Below, piece by piece: positions 21,383 to 32,384 of a stretch of 47,055 bases of DNA. Position numbers and translations under genes: made by a program. Location of the stretch: NCBI GenBank assembly GCA_024181965.1, contig BQXS01010884.1:1-47055 (forward strand), read 5' to 3'. This DNA comes from Aduncisulcus paluster (taxonomy: Eukaryota). Every line of letters starts with the position of its first letter. Position 1 is the first letter of the stretch. The notes under the pieces were generated by a model that had not been told where the DNA came from, searched no databases, and saw only the letters and a program-made list of their open reading frames with translations.

Positions 21383-24300
21383 TTAGAATATTATTGGTGT
21401 CGGACCACATATTTTTCTAAGAACAAATATTGTGATGATGGCCAATATCGTCAGCCCAAGAGTAAATATTATTAGTCGAATTTCGTAAGATGAAAGGAAT
21501 AGAAATTCAGAGTTATATGAATTAAGAGATACTGAAAATACATCATCTAAGCAACCAGAAATATATTCTTCACTCGCTTGATAACTTGATTGGGTGAGGG
21601 AAGGGCATTGATCACACACAGAAAACCCTTCTGTTTGGAAGGAAAAGGCATAGTCTGACAAACAGGATTCAATTAGATTATGATTTGAGGATGAAATGGA
21701 AACTGATGATGCTGAAATAGGTGAAGAGAGGTCACTAATATGAATTATAAATATATTCATCTCAGGAATTTTAAAAATATAGAAATCATAATCAAGGGAG
21801 CACGTCGAAGTAAATGAAACGATAGAATAACTGATCGTATCATCTGATACAACATAAAAATCCGACAACATGCTATCTTCGACAATATAATAGTCATAAC
21901 ACTGGCAAATACTTGAACACTGAACATTTGAATATTTTACAATGATTTCAGCACTTACAAGGCTTTGAAAAACACATGGATCAAGTGCACCCAGAAAGAT
22001 CTGCTCTTCAGAGGCAGTAGCTTCCGTGATAAGCATTGTATGGGAAGATATTGATGACTGAAGAACGGTGGCAGAATCGGTGATAACATATGTAATGGAA
22101 GAAGAGGAATCGATCAGAGAAGAACTTGCAAAGACATCAGAAATTGTATCGATGCTCAGGCCAATGGTAGCAACACCGATCATTTGTTCATCGAATAAGA
22201 TTTTCTGACTCATGTTAAAACCTGTAGTTTCAAATATATTTGTTGGACCCGTAATAATTAAATCTTCGACAGAATCACTGAACATTTGAATATTTTACAA
22301 TGATTTCAGCACTTACAAGGCTTTGAAAAACACATGGATCAAGTGCACCCAGAAAGATCTGCTCTTCAGAGGCAGTAGCTTCCGTGATAAGCATTGTATG
22401 GGAAGATATTGATGACTGAAGAACGGTGGCAGAATCGGTGATAACATATGTAATGGAAGAAGAGGAATCGATCAGAGAAGAACTTGCAAAGACATCAGAA
22501 ATTGTATCGATGCTCAGGCCAATGGTAGCAACACCGATCATTTGTTCATCGAATAAGATTTTCTGACTCATGTTAAAACCTGTAGTTTCAAATATATTTG
22601 TTGGACCCGTAATAATTAAATCTTCGACAGAATGTTTGGTTTGGATGAACCATGGAGTTTCGAGTGGAGAATAGCTCGTGTCAAAGGATTCTCCGGGAAA
22701 AGAAATAAAAATGCCCGATAATCCAGAAACACCAATGGAAAGAACATTTGAATCCCATTCATCAAGGTCAGAAAAGGAAGAGATGAAGGTTGGAGATAGC
22801 AAGGAGAATATATTCGCTTCAATAATTGGTGTTTCATAGAAAATCGAGGCGTTTTCATTCGAGGGGTTTGAATAATTTCTCGACAAATCATCTGAAGCCT
22901 TTTGGAAGAAATCTTCTTCAATCAAGAGAGGATTGAGAAGAAATGGGCTATCTTCTCCAAAAATATCATTAATTACATCAAAATTGTGATCGCTCGGAGG
23001 GACGTGAGTGGCTGTGTGAGTTCTCATTAGTTGAATATTCGATCGTAATGTATCTTCTGGGTAAACATTATACCCAAGAATATAATCATATTTGGTCTGC
23101 AACGACTCGACAGCTTGGCTGATGTATCCGTAAACAAGATCACAGGAACAGAATTTCCCCTCGATAAGAGGATTCTCAACACCGATATCCTCACACCGAT
23201 GGATTGGTGGTTGCAAAATACTGATTGAATAATCAACACTAGCAAGGGAAAATACAATGATAATATCATATTTATGGATATATTTCCAGAAATACGTTGT
23301 AGAAACATCTTGAAATCTTCCATCATATAAATATCGAATGGTATCAACAGTAATGTTTCCTTGGTCAATATTCAAAGAATAAGTAGAACCAAAAATAGAA
23401 TCTGAGAAAGTAGATCCTCCTGTTGATGTTGTACCAGATAAATGAAACTGCTCAAGATCATCAATTTGGATTTGCTGAGGAGTAATTCCAGTTGAATTCA
23501 AGATGGGATGAGAAAGAATAGTTCCATCTGGTCTAAAAATAGAAAAATATGACATATCTGATATTGACGGATGAGAAACAAGTGAGATAAGCTGTTTTGA
23601 GTCGAGTTGCATGAAGATAGTTACGAAAGAGTCACCAGTGTATACAAGCTTTGATAAGACAATACTCTGCCTGTTGTATAACATTCCATGGGTGGGTACC
23701 ATAACAACAGGAAGAAGTTTGGAGGAATAAAAAGGATCGCAAAGAGTATCTCCGTTCTCATTCACAAGATATTCTGACGGACAATCGACTAGCAAACGAA
23801 ATAATCGAAAGGCATGCTGTGTGAAGAATTTCGTCATCCTGTCGTCAATTCCTTTTAATATCGACGACTCAGACCCGTGATACCATAAATTAAGCCCGTC
23901 AAGCACACCAGATATCTCATCTATATTTTGATGGACTGAACCTCCGCCCAATTCGTGATACTTTGAGACATCAATAAGTTCATAAATACCGTTGCGTTCC
24001 TTGACGATCCTTCTGAGGGTCATTTCGGTGTTGTCAATGTAATGAATACCAGAAACGAGCCCATTGTCCTTTGCGAATGAAGCTAAAGAAACACGATAAA
24101 ATATTGGGATTATTGGATTGTATGTATTGTGAATATCAATATTTGAATAGAAAAACGATGAAAATGAGTGTGGAAAGAGGGAACCAAGAGAAATACAAAT
24201 AATATAGAGAGGAGATGGTGAAACAAGGGGTCGATTGGATGAAATATTAAACATTTTGGAGGGGCTTACATTTATATTCGCACTTCCGAGAGGTGATGAT

Positions 24301-25511
24301 GCAAGTTTCTCACGTAAAACAGTCTGAGCGCCAACATTAGAAGTAAGAGAGGAGAATAGAAGGGAAGCGGCGTCTTGAAACGCTTGAGAAATAGAAGATT
24401 GAGCGTCATTCACAAAGGAAGAGAAGGAAAGATCTTGAACAGTGAGAGTTTGAAGAGAGGAAATATTCATACCCTCAAAATAATCTGCGAGAGAAAGTCT
24501 GGCTTTGGAAACAGTCAAAGGGGTGGCTTTGGCCAATCCTCGAAAATGAGTGCACGAATCGGATGAAGCTTCTAACGATCCATTGTATTCACCATCGGTG
24601 GATAATATGGTGAAATAGTCGAGAGGAGTGAGTCCAGATAATATCATGTCGGAAATATCACGCAGAATGTTGATAGCGGAGGTTACTAGACCATCTTCTG
24701 AATCAAGAAAATATTTAATCGTCTCATCGATAGTTGTGTCGATGATAATGGCAATACCTCGTCTAAAACCAGAAAATGAAGACGATTTTATGCTCAGGGA
24801 GGATGCTGGATCATATTTGGCTCTATAGCTAACATCTACTGGTAATGATGGATGGAGAAAAGCAGCGGCGGGATAGTACAACATCGATGAGTTGGAAATA
24901 ACTCCAGATAAACTCACAACCGAACTAGTCTCATCAGAACACTCAACTTCCATAGATTCTGAAATATCACATGAAGGGGATTGATTCGAAACAAAAGATG
25001 ATCTAAGAGCTTCAACAATGGAAGAAGAAGAAAAGAAATCTTCTTTTTTATCGCAATCTGTGGAAAAGGTTGGATTACAGTAAAGAGTGGCATTATCAGA
25101 TCGGGGAATAGAAACGATATCGGAATCCATAAAAAAAGAATATGAATTAATTTCTGAAGATATTTCATCTTCATCTAACATTTCACTGTAAAAATGCAAT
25201 TTTGTTGTTTCATCAGAATCGGGTTGAGTTATGGATGTTTCAATGTCATAAATTGATTTTAAAGCGGAATCAACACAAGATGATAATGAAGATTCCGCAA
25301 TGGTTACTATACTGCTTCCATCACACGAATATGTATTAATTACACTTTGTTCTGCAATATCAACAAAAGAATCGATTGGAATAAATGAATTGAATGTTGA
25401 TTTTAATTGAGTATATAAAGAATATGAACTTTCTGCAGCAGAATCAAGCGATTCCAAGGTTAAAGCATAAAATAGGGAAAATACAACTAAAAATATGATG
25501 AACTCCTGCAT
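21383..25511 (-). CDS. VWA + Cache domain type I membrane protein (CACHD1/alpha2delta-like), about 1256 aa after collapsing a 358-bp duplication
   Basis: Signal peptide; YDP...RGIAIIIDTT and ILSGLTPLDYF (VWA); YFSIFRPDGTILSHP, FPGESFDTSYSPLETPWF and IGVATIG (Cache); Cys-rich stalk; C-terminal TM IIFTLGLTILAIITIFVL. Confidence 0.75.
21918..22633. repeat. exact 358-bp tandem duplication (21918-22275 = 22276-22633), frameshifting
   Basis: Identical copies; the length is not a multiple of 3, which splits the ORF. Confidence 0.9.
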
Positions 25512-26343
25512 AATATTTATATTATTAAAGTTATTGAAAATAGAGGTGTTAAAAATAGCTCTATTTTATGTAGAAAGAGAACAAACATGGAACTTGTCAT
25601 TTGTGGTTTCGAAATATTCCAAGATAATCGATGGTTTGACGATTTATCCATGTGCGAAGAAATGGATGAGAAGGAATTTATTATCAAAAGGGGGCTCTAT
25701 TTTTCAAAATATGCAGAAATTTATGTTGCTACAGAGATTGCGACGAGAAGAACAGTTGTGCTGAAGGATCTATTTTATATAAGTGACGGGAAAGTCGATG
25801 AAAAGATGTTAGTCCTTGTCAAAAGGGAGATAAATATTCATTCGGCACTTTCTCACCCGAATATAGTCATGTTGATTTTAATTGAGTATATAAAGAATAT
25901 GAACTTTCTGCAGCAGAATCAAGCGATTCCAAGGTTAAAGCATAAAATAGGGAAAATACAACTAAAAATATGATGAACTCCTGCATAATATTTATATTAT
26001 TAAAGTTATTGAAAATAGAGGTGTTAAAAATAGCTCTATTTTATGTAGAAAGAGAACAAACATGGAACTTGTCATTTGTGGTTTCGAAATATTCCAAGAT
26101 AATCGATGGTTTGACGATTTATCCATGTGCGAAGAAATGGATGAGAAGGAATTTATTATCAAAAGGGGGCTCTATTTTTCAAAATATGCAGAAATTTATG
26201 TTGCTACAGAGATTGCGACGAGAAGAACAGTTGTGCTGAAGGATCTATTTTATATAAGTGACGGGAAAGTCGATGAAAAGATGTTAGTCCTTGTCAAAAG
26301 GGAGATAAATATTCATTCGGCACTTTCTCACCCGAATATAGTC
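25394..26343. repeat. exact 475-bp tandem duplication (25394-25868 = 25869-26343)
   Basis: Identical copies contain both divergent gene starts and create the truncated kinase ORF 25587-25973. Confidence 0.9.
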
Positions 26344-26955
26344 CACTTTTATGGAATGATTCATGAAGATGATCGTTATACGTTGGTACTAGAATATTGT
26401 AAGCATGGTGATTTAGGGCATAAATATAATCGTGATGGGTTATTATCAACAGAACTCATAAAGGAAGTCGTAAAAGGGATTGGGCGAGCATTGGAATATT
26501 GTCATAAAAAGGGAATAATACATGGGGATATCAAACCAGAAAATATATTTTTAGATTCGGAGAATTGTGTAAAATTAGGGGATTTTGGAGGAGCAGTCTT
26601 ATTATCTTCAAAAGAACAAAAGAAAGATATTTATGCTCATGGAACAGCTGAATTTCTCCCTCCAGAGGTGTTGGTCGTTGAAAAGAAATTCGAACTGACT
26701 GAAAAGGCTGATATATGGTCATTTGGAGTTACTCTTATTGAAATCATGAGTGGAGAAAACCCTTTCTCTTCGGATGAAGGAAAAGATGAAATATACAGAA
26801 AAATAGTTGAAGATGATATAATATTTGAGGATTTTGATTGCATAGATGAATTGGGAATGGATTTAATAGAAAAAATGCTTGAAAAGGATCCACAACAAAG
26901 AATTGGGCTTTCTGAAATTCTAACACATCCATTTCTTCTACATTCTGAAAAATAA
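26062..26955 (+). CDS. Ser/Thr protein kinase, Aurora-like
   Basis: VKREINIHSALSHPNIVHFYG, LVLEYCKHGDL, IIHGDIKPENI, LGDFG, GTAEFLPPE and DIWSFGV. Confidence 0.88.
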   Translation: MELVICGFEIFQDNRWFDDLSMCEEMDEKEFIIKRGLYFSKYAEIYVATEIATRRTVVLKDLFYISDGKVDEKMLVLVKREINIHSALSHPNIVHFYGMIHEDDRYTLVLEYCKHGDLGHKYNRDGLLSTELIKEVVKGIGRALEYCHKKGIIHGDIKPENIFLDSENCVKLGDFGGAVLLSSKEQKKDIYAHGTAEFLPPEVLVVEKKFELTEKADIWSFGVTLIEIMSGENPFSSDEGKDEIYRKIVEDDIIFEDFDCIDELGMDLIEKMLEKDPQQRIGLSEILTHPFLLHSEK

Positions 26956-27199
26956 TTCAATATTGGTTTGATATTGACATTAATTTGTGTTTTAATATTG
27001 AAATAAGACGAGAATACGAGGAAAATTTTCAAGGGTGTTTGTGTAGCATCATGCTAGGATGATCCTATTGTAAAGGAGAATAATTAAAAATCATAAGCTG
27101 TTTTTAAAGGTACTATTAAAGCGGAAAATTGTCATTGGTATGTCACTAAAAATGCTGTTCTTGAGCAAAACACTGAAAGTTGATTTCTCTGTGATTAAT

Positions 27200-27424
27200 A
27201 TGGAATCAAAAACGAAAGAGGAACTGATTGAGGAAAATCAACATTTACAATCTCAAATTGATCATTTAACAAAGGAATTAAAGATGTCAAAAGAAACTCA
27301 CATCCCTTCACTCCAAACTTTGGTGAAGAAGCAAGCAGAACTTATTTCGACACTAAAAATGAAATGTATCTGTCTTGAATCATGTATAAAGGATGAGGAT
27401 ATTATTGATGTATTGAAAGAATGA
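27200..27424 (+). CDS. small coiled-coil protein, about 74 aa
   Basis: MESKTKEELIEENQHLQSQIDHLTKEL heptad pattern. The ATG at 27200 is preferred over the one at 27140. Confidence 0.55.
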   Translation: MESKTKEELIEENQHLQSQIDHLTKELKMSKETHIPSLQTLVKKQAELISTLKMKCICLESCIKDEDIIDVLKE

Positions 27425-27518
27425 CTCATAATAATACTTTCTCGCAACTTTTCGTTCAATATTATCTGCATTCTATTGCTAAAAAATATATTTATTGTTG
27501 ACTATAAAGAATATTATA

Positions 27519-28349
27519 TTAAACGAGTTGAGAAGGGGCCACATCAAAATCCTTCTCAATTATTTCGGCCACGGAGGCTCCGATATCGTCTTCTCCACCA
27601 AGAAGATCCCCATTGTTACCATCTCTTCGCTCCCCTCTTTCTCTCATCTGTGACGGACCTCCACTTGCATTCATCCGCTTCCACTTAATGGCTTCATAAA
27701 GGATAGCAACACATCCACCAGTTACAATGCAGAATGGCTGAAAAATAAAAAGCGAGAGCAAAAATCCGGTGTTATGCCCCAATGTCTCAAATAATAGGGC
27801 TGGGAGACCAGAAATAAATACAATAACACACAGGAGAAGCATTTGAAGAAATCCATTGAGCGGACGCAAAGAAAACATCAAAGAATACCAAGAATTCTTC
27901 AAACATATTATAATGTCCATTGAAGGATTTTCTATCTTATAAAAGACAGCAGGAACAAATCCAGCAATTGTCAGGAATATGCCAACACCCAAACCTACTA
28001 TCCCTGATATTGAGGCAAAAAGGCAAAGAACCATAAAAAATACTATTTCTAGATATTTGTATCTTAATAACTCAAATGATGAAGACCATAAATGAGTTTT
28101 AGTTTCTCTCAAGATCAAATCGAAAATATTTTTTAGAAGGGAGGCAAATAAAGGTAACATCAGGAAAATTCCACATAGAATAGAAATGGAAATGGGTATC
28201 CATGCTACTGATTCTGGCAATAACCAGAAAAACTCCAGTAAGATGATAGGAGCATAAAATTCAAGAAGAAGAATAGATAGGTGGGAAAATTTGGTCTTAT
28301 ATACTTGAAATACTTCAGAAAATATGCTTTTTACCGATAAATCGCTCAT
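27519..28349 (-). CDS. multi-pass membrane protein (about 5-6 TM helices)
   Basis: 276-aa ORF with several hydrophobic segments and an acidic tail. Confidence 0.8.
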   Translation of the reverse strand: MSDLSVKSIFSEVFQVYKTKFSHLSILLLEFYAPIILLEFFWLLPESVAWIPISISILCGIFLMLPLFASLLKNIFDLILRETKTHLWSSSFELLRYKYLEIVFFMVLCLFASISGIVGLGVGIFLTIAGFVPAVFYKIENPSMDIIICLKNSWYSLMFSLRPLNGFLQMLLLCVIVFISGLPALLFETLGHNTGFLLSLFIFQPFCIVTGGCVAILYEAIKWKRMNASGGPSQMRERGERRDGNNGDLLGGEDDIGASVAEIIEKDFDVAPSQLV

Positions 28350-28596
28350 GATAGTTCCCTATTACGTGAAGGTGGATGAAAAAGAAATGTGTGCTGTTAA
28401 AGAAGGAGAAAATTTAATTTACGGGAATAATATAAAAATATGTTCCCAATAAGGAATGAATAATCAGACGAAAAAAATAGGGTGGCACTATTTCCCGAAG
28501 AAAAAGAATTTTCGTTTGTATGACCTCAGAGTAGTAAATCACGAGCCACGAAAAGAGGAAATATATGATTTATTTAGGGTATGGCGTATTTTTAGA

Positions 28597-29491
28597 TTAT
28601 TCTACTTTCTCAGCATCCTTATCGTATGCACCGACGGGTTTTGTAAAATCGCAATTCCTACGCGAAGCTGCTGGATCCATGGCAAAACCATCAAGTTGAC
28701 CTTTGTACCCTTTAGTTGTTCTACCTTCTTTTTGGGCAGCTTCAGCCCAGAAAGATATCGATCCAACTGTTTCCAAATCTTGAGCTGATTTTTTTGAGAT
28801 AGTTTGAGAATGAGGGGGGCACTTTTATGGAAGTTTGGTTTGGATGAACCATGNNNNNNNNNNNNNNNNNNNNAGCTGCTGGATCCATGGCAAAACCATC
28901 AAGTTGACCTTTGTACCCTTTAGTTGTTCTACCTTCTTTTTGGGCAGCTTCAGCCCAGAAAGATATCGATCCAACTGTTTCCAAATCTTGAGCTGATTTT
29001 TTTGAGATAGTTTGAGAATGAGGGGGGGTGGAAATTACCTCTTCTTTATCTTTTTCAACAGAATCTTTAATAAAGGATAAAATAGGAACATTCGATTTTG
29101 TTTTTGCTTTACCATGAATAGAATGAGAAAAAGAAATAGTAGGATGACTTGCTTCAATTCTATGATGATGTTGTTCCTCCATACGTTTATCTTCAGCTTG
29201 TATACGGTCCATGGCTAATCTCATTAAATCATCATCTTCTATTTTTTGAGCAGGAAAGACATCACGAGGCTTGTGTTGCTCTCCAGTGAATGTTGATCTG
29301 AGAGTACTATCGAAATGCATTGTATAATCATGTTGGGCAGATATGGCAACTTCTTTTAATCGGATCCCGGATTTTTCTACTTTTTCTTTTTCAAGGGAAT
29401 AGGCCTCATTTTCTTGCCAAAATCCAATTTTTGTTGGATTTGGTCGTTTTTGATTGTAAGATTGTGCTCCTAATGTTAGGTGAAGGGACAT
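28597..29491 (-). CDS. SPAG8-like flagellar microtubule inner protein, about 228 aa after collapsing the gap duplication
   Basis: The reconstructed C-terminus is SISFWAE...MDPAASRRNCDFTKPVGAYDKDAEKVE*. The FW-E, RxNCxFxxP and N-terminal xWQE motifs recall SPAG8. Confidence 0.55.
28666..29027. repeat. 154-bp duplication across an N gap (28666-28819 = 28874-29027), with 34 nt of foreign sequence before the Ns
   Basis: Identical copies flank Ns at 28854-28873. Confidence 0.88.
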
Positions 29492-29840
29492 TTTTGGACA
29501 AAAATGAAATATTTTTCGTAACTCTCGAGGCGCTCCGTAAATTGAAAACTTACATGAGAATAATGATATTATACTATTTTAATAGACCAAATATTTTTCC
29601 TTAATTTTGTGAATCTAGCTCAAGGTATTTTAAAAATCACTCACTTTTTCATGGCTATTATTTCGGAAGAAAAATGCTATATTCAGAGTTTACAAGGAGT
29701 ATATTAGAAATAATAGTAAGATATGAAATATTAATAGGGTACGACCTTAGATCAATCTTTGATGGGTTTTTGCACGTTTTAGTTCTTACTTTTTTCTTTT
29801 AAGTATCATTCAAAATGAAGAAAGATCAATTCTTTGATTC

Positions 29841-29950
29841 ATCCTTATTCTCTCATGAATTAGCCACTCTGCTGTTACACCAAAATTCTGCTCCTTGTTA
29901 CGGAAGACCTTGTGCTCCTACTCCTGCTTTGATACATCATCCGTCTGAGA
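29841..29950 (+). ncRNA. candidate U13/snR45-like box C/D snoRNA
   Basis: ATCCTT at 29841; CCTTGTTACG at 29893-29902 (antisense to the conserved SSU rRNA CGUAACAAGG); CCGTCTGA (D box) at 29941-29948. No canonical C box. Confidence 0.35.
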
Positions 29951-30366
29951 TTTCTTTAAGCACTTCCTTTTTTTGCTATCAATCTAAATAATTGTTTATT
30001 TATTTATGTTTTTCTTGAGATTTATTCTCCCACTTTCGTTTTCTCACTCATGTCGCTTGCTTAATGTTGTTTTTATTTGTTTTAATATAATTATTATATC
30101 ATCGCTTCTTTTTCCTGCTTTTGTTTCTATTTTTTTTGGTGTTGGAGGTCTTATGGCTCAGACACAGTGAGGTTTATGAGCATCAAGGCGATCTGTTGAT
30201 GGTAACACCATATTATGTGTGATTTCAATCCGTTACAACTTTGTTTGATTAATAAAATAACATTCAATTTTATTTTTCATTCTTTCTATGACATAGAATC
30301 TATGTCCTGAGGAACACTGATTGTGTTAACCGTGTTTTGGAACCAAATAGATTTATCGTGAGTAAT

Positions 30367-30855
30367 ATGGAAAGTTTTGGGGATCCTAGATTTCAAATAA
30401 TGAAATCTCTTAGCGATATTGATCCAATTACACTTTTTAACTATTTGAAGCTTAGAGCGGAAGTATTTATTATTGAACAGGCTTGTAGATACGAAGATTT
30501 GGATGACTATGATCTCTCTTGTTCTCATATCTTGGTATTTGATGATAAAAATGATCTAATCATTGGGTGCGCTAGGGTGATCTTTCATGGTAAAATCGCT
30601 AAAATTGGTCGCTTGCTTGTTAAAAAATCTTATAGAAAACGTAAAATAGGCTCAAAATTACTCTTGAAATGTATTGAATACATTCAATCTCACGAAGAAA
30701 AAATGGAGATCAGGTTGGATGCCCAAACACAGTATATTGGATTATATTTAAAACAAAATTTTATTCAGTGTGGTAAAGAGTATGTTTTGGATGGAATTCC
30801 TCACGTTCCTATGATATTTTCGACAAAAGAGGGAAGAGAAGACATAATACATTAA
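30367..30855 (+). CDS. GNAT acetyltransferase, ElaA-like
   Basis: LKLRAEVFIIEQAC.YEDLD..D, KIGRLLV..YRKRKIG..LL, LDAQ and EYVLDGIPHVPM. Confidence 0.88.
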   Translation: MESFGDPRFQIMKSLSDIDPITLFNYLKLRAEVFIIEQACRYEDLDDYDLSCSHILVFDDKNDLIIGCARVIFHGKIAKIGRLLVKKSYRKRKIGSKLLLKCIEYIQSHEEKMEIRLDAQTQYIGLYLKQNFIQCGKEYVLDGIPHVPMIFSTKEGREDIIH

Positions 30856-31006
30856 ATCTACATTGGGAGAAATTTATTTGCTGGAATGAAAATAAATAAT
30901 TAAACTGAACTCGATTAAACGAGTCTATTTGTTAGAATTTGCTCTATTTTTCTTTCTGGAAAATGTTACGAAGATGATCGTGTCTCATGATTATTGGAAT
31001 TTTTTA

Positions 31007-32032
31007 TCACTTTTTACCCAATTTCCAGGCAACAGAAGATATATTAAATGCTTTTTCATCCTCTACCTTTTTGGATAATTCCAAGGTTTGAACTCTGTCA
31101 GAATCGTAAATTATCGATTCTAAGCCTTCAACTTTTTTGAATTCAACAGATATTTCGGATAAATTAGAAGAGAGGGCAAGAATGTCCTTAAGATCATACT
31201 TTTTAACTTCAGAAGACCCATATCCACTTTCTAAAGAATCTGGGGCAGATGAAGAAAGTGTTGGGAAAGAATCGTCGACGAGCCTTTTACCGCGTGATTT
31301 GGTGGAGGTAAGCTTCTTACGAGAACTCTTTCTCGGTTTCTTGGAGCGGTCACCTTTTTTGCCTTTCTTTCCATCGTCTTTCTTGGCAAAACTAGGTAAT
31401 GTAGAAAGAAGGGAAGTAATGAGAGGAAGAGGACTAACGGCAGTACCAAAAGCCATATCCTTCTCTTCAACTCCTTTGGCTTTAGCAGCATCCTTGATGA
31501 GTTTAGTGTATGACACACGAGAAGTAGCTGGCTTGGTGAAGGCACAGGAACTGGGGTTATCAGCTCTAGAAAAGGATTTAAACGTCAGAGCCTTATGAGC
31601 AATGTGATGAGCATGCTCTGTCCCACAAAAAATAGTCCATTTGTCATCAACAAGTTCAATTTTTTCAAATTCAGCCTCACCGAGAAGATTTTTAATGATC
31701 TCTTCGTTCAACTCTTCTTTGTTATTTTTTAAAGTAATAATTGTACAAACTGGTTGTTCTATGTTGGGAGAAATTGTGGCTTTAGATTTATCAATCACAA
31801 ATTTCTCTCCCTCCAATTCGAGAATGATTTTGTTGATATCTTCCTTGGAGATATCGGTATACTTTTTATATACATCTGCGAAATCAGAGATGTACTGCAA
31901 CTGTTGGAGGGGAACATCGAGCCCATTCATCGATGAAAGAAGATAGGGATTCTTGACGAGGTTTTCGGGTGAAAAATGAAAATTAAGCAAATATCTAAGT
32001 ATAACCTGAAGTTCGGTCGTCTTGTCGCTCAT
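31007..32032 (-). CDS. La-related RNA-binding protein (LARP4-like La motif plus degenerate RRM)
   Basis: LNFHFSPENLVKNPYLLSSMN matches the La HTH. CTIITL..EEIIKNLL is RRM-like, and an SFPTL motif follows. Confidence 0.7.
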   Translation of the reverse strand: MSDKTTELQVILRYLLNFHFSPENLVKNPYLLSSMNGLDVPLQQLQYISDFADVYKKYTDISKEDINKIILELEGEKFVIDKSKATISPNIEQPVCTIITLKNNKEELNEEIIKNLLGEAEFEKIELVDDKWTIFCGTEHAHHIAHKALTFKSFSRADNPSSCAFTKPATSRVSYTKLIKDAAKAKGVEEKDMAFGTAVSPLPLITSLLSTLPSFAKKDDGKKGKKGDRSKKPRKSSRKKLTSTKSRGKRLVDDSFPTLSSSAPDSLESGYGSSEVKKYDLKDILALSSNLSEISVEFKKVEGLESIIYDSDRVQTLELSKKVEDEKAFNISSVAWKLGKK

Positions 32033-32384
32033 TTACCTCTTCGCTCTCTCTCAAATTGCTGATTGAATTCAATCAAGAGATAGAAGATCCAAAAATAGTA
32101 CAAGTTCTCATGGTCATTATCTTTGCTTTTTATTAATTAATACCTTGGTAGAATACTTAAATTTGAACGGAATTATTTCCAAGATCATAAATTCCTGTTT
32201 TCACTGTTGTAACACCAACAGAACTGTCAATTACTTTGAGCCTATATTCTTTAATTATATGCAAATAAAATATATAAAAAAGATGTGATTAAGAGCTTAG
32301 ACAAATAATATGTTAAATATCTAATCATCCTTTTATTACAACATAATTTCGGATTTGATGAAGACCAACCGGTAAACAATAGTA

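Noticed and set aside
25587-25973. Truncated kinase paralog
   Set aside because: Product of the exact 475-bp duplication; its tail is out-of-context sequence.
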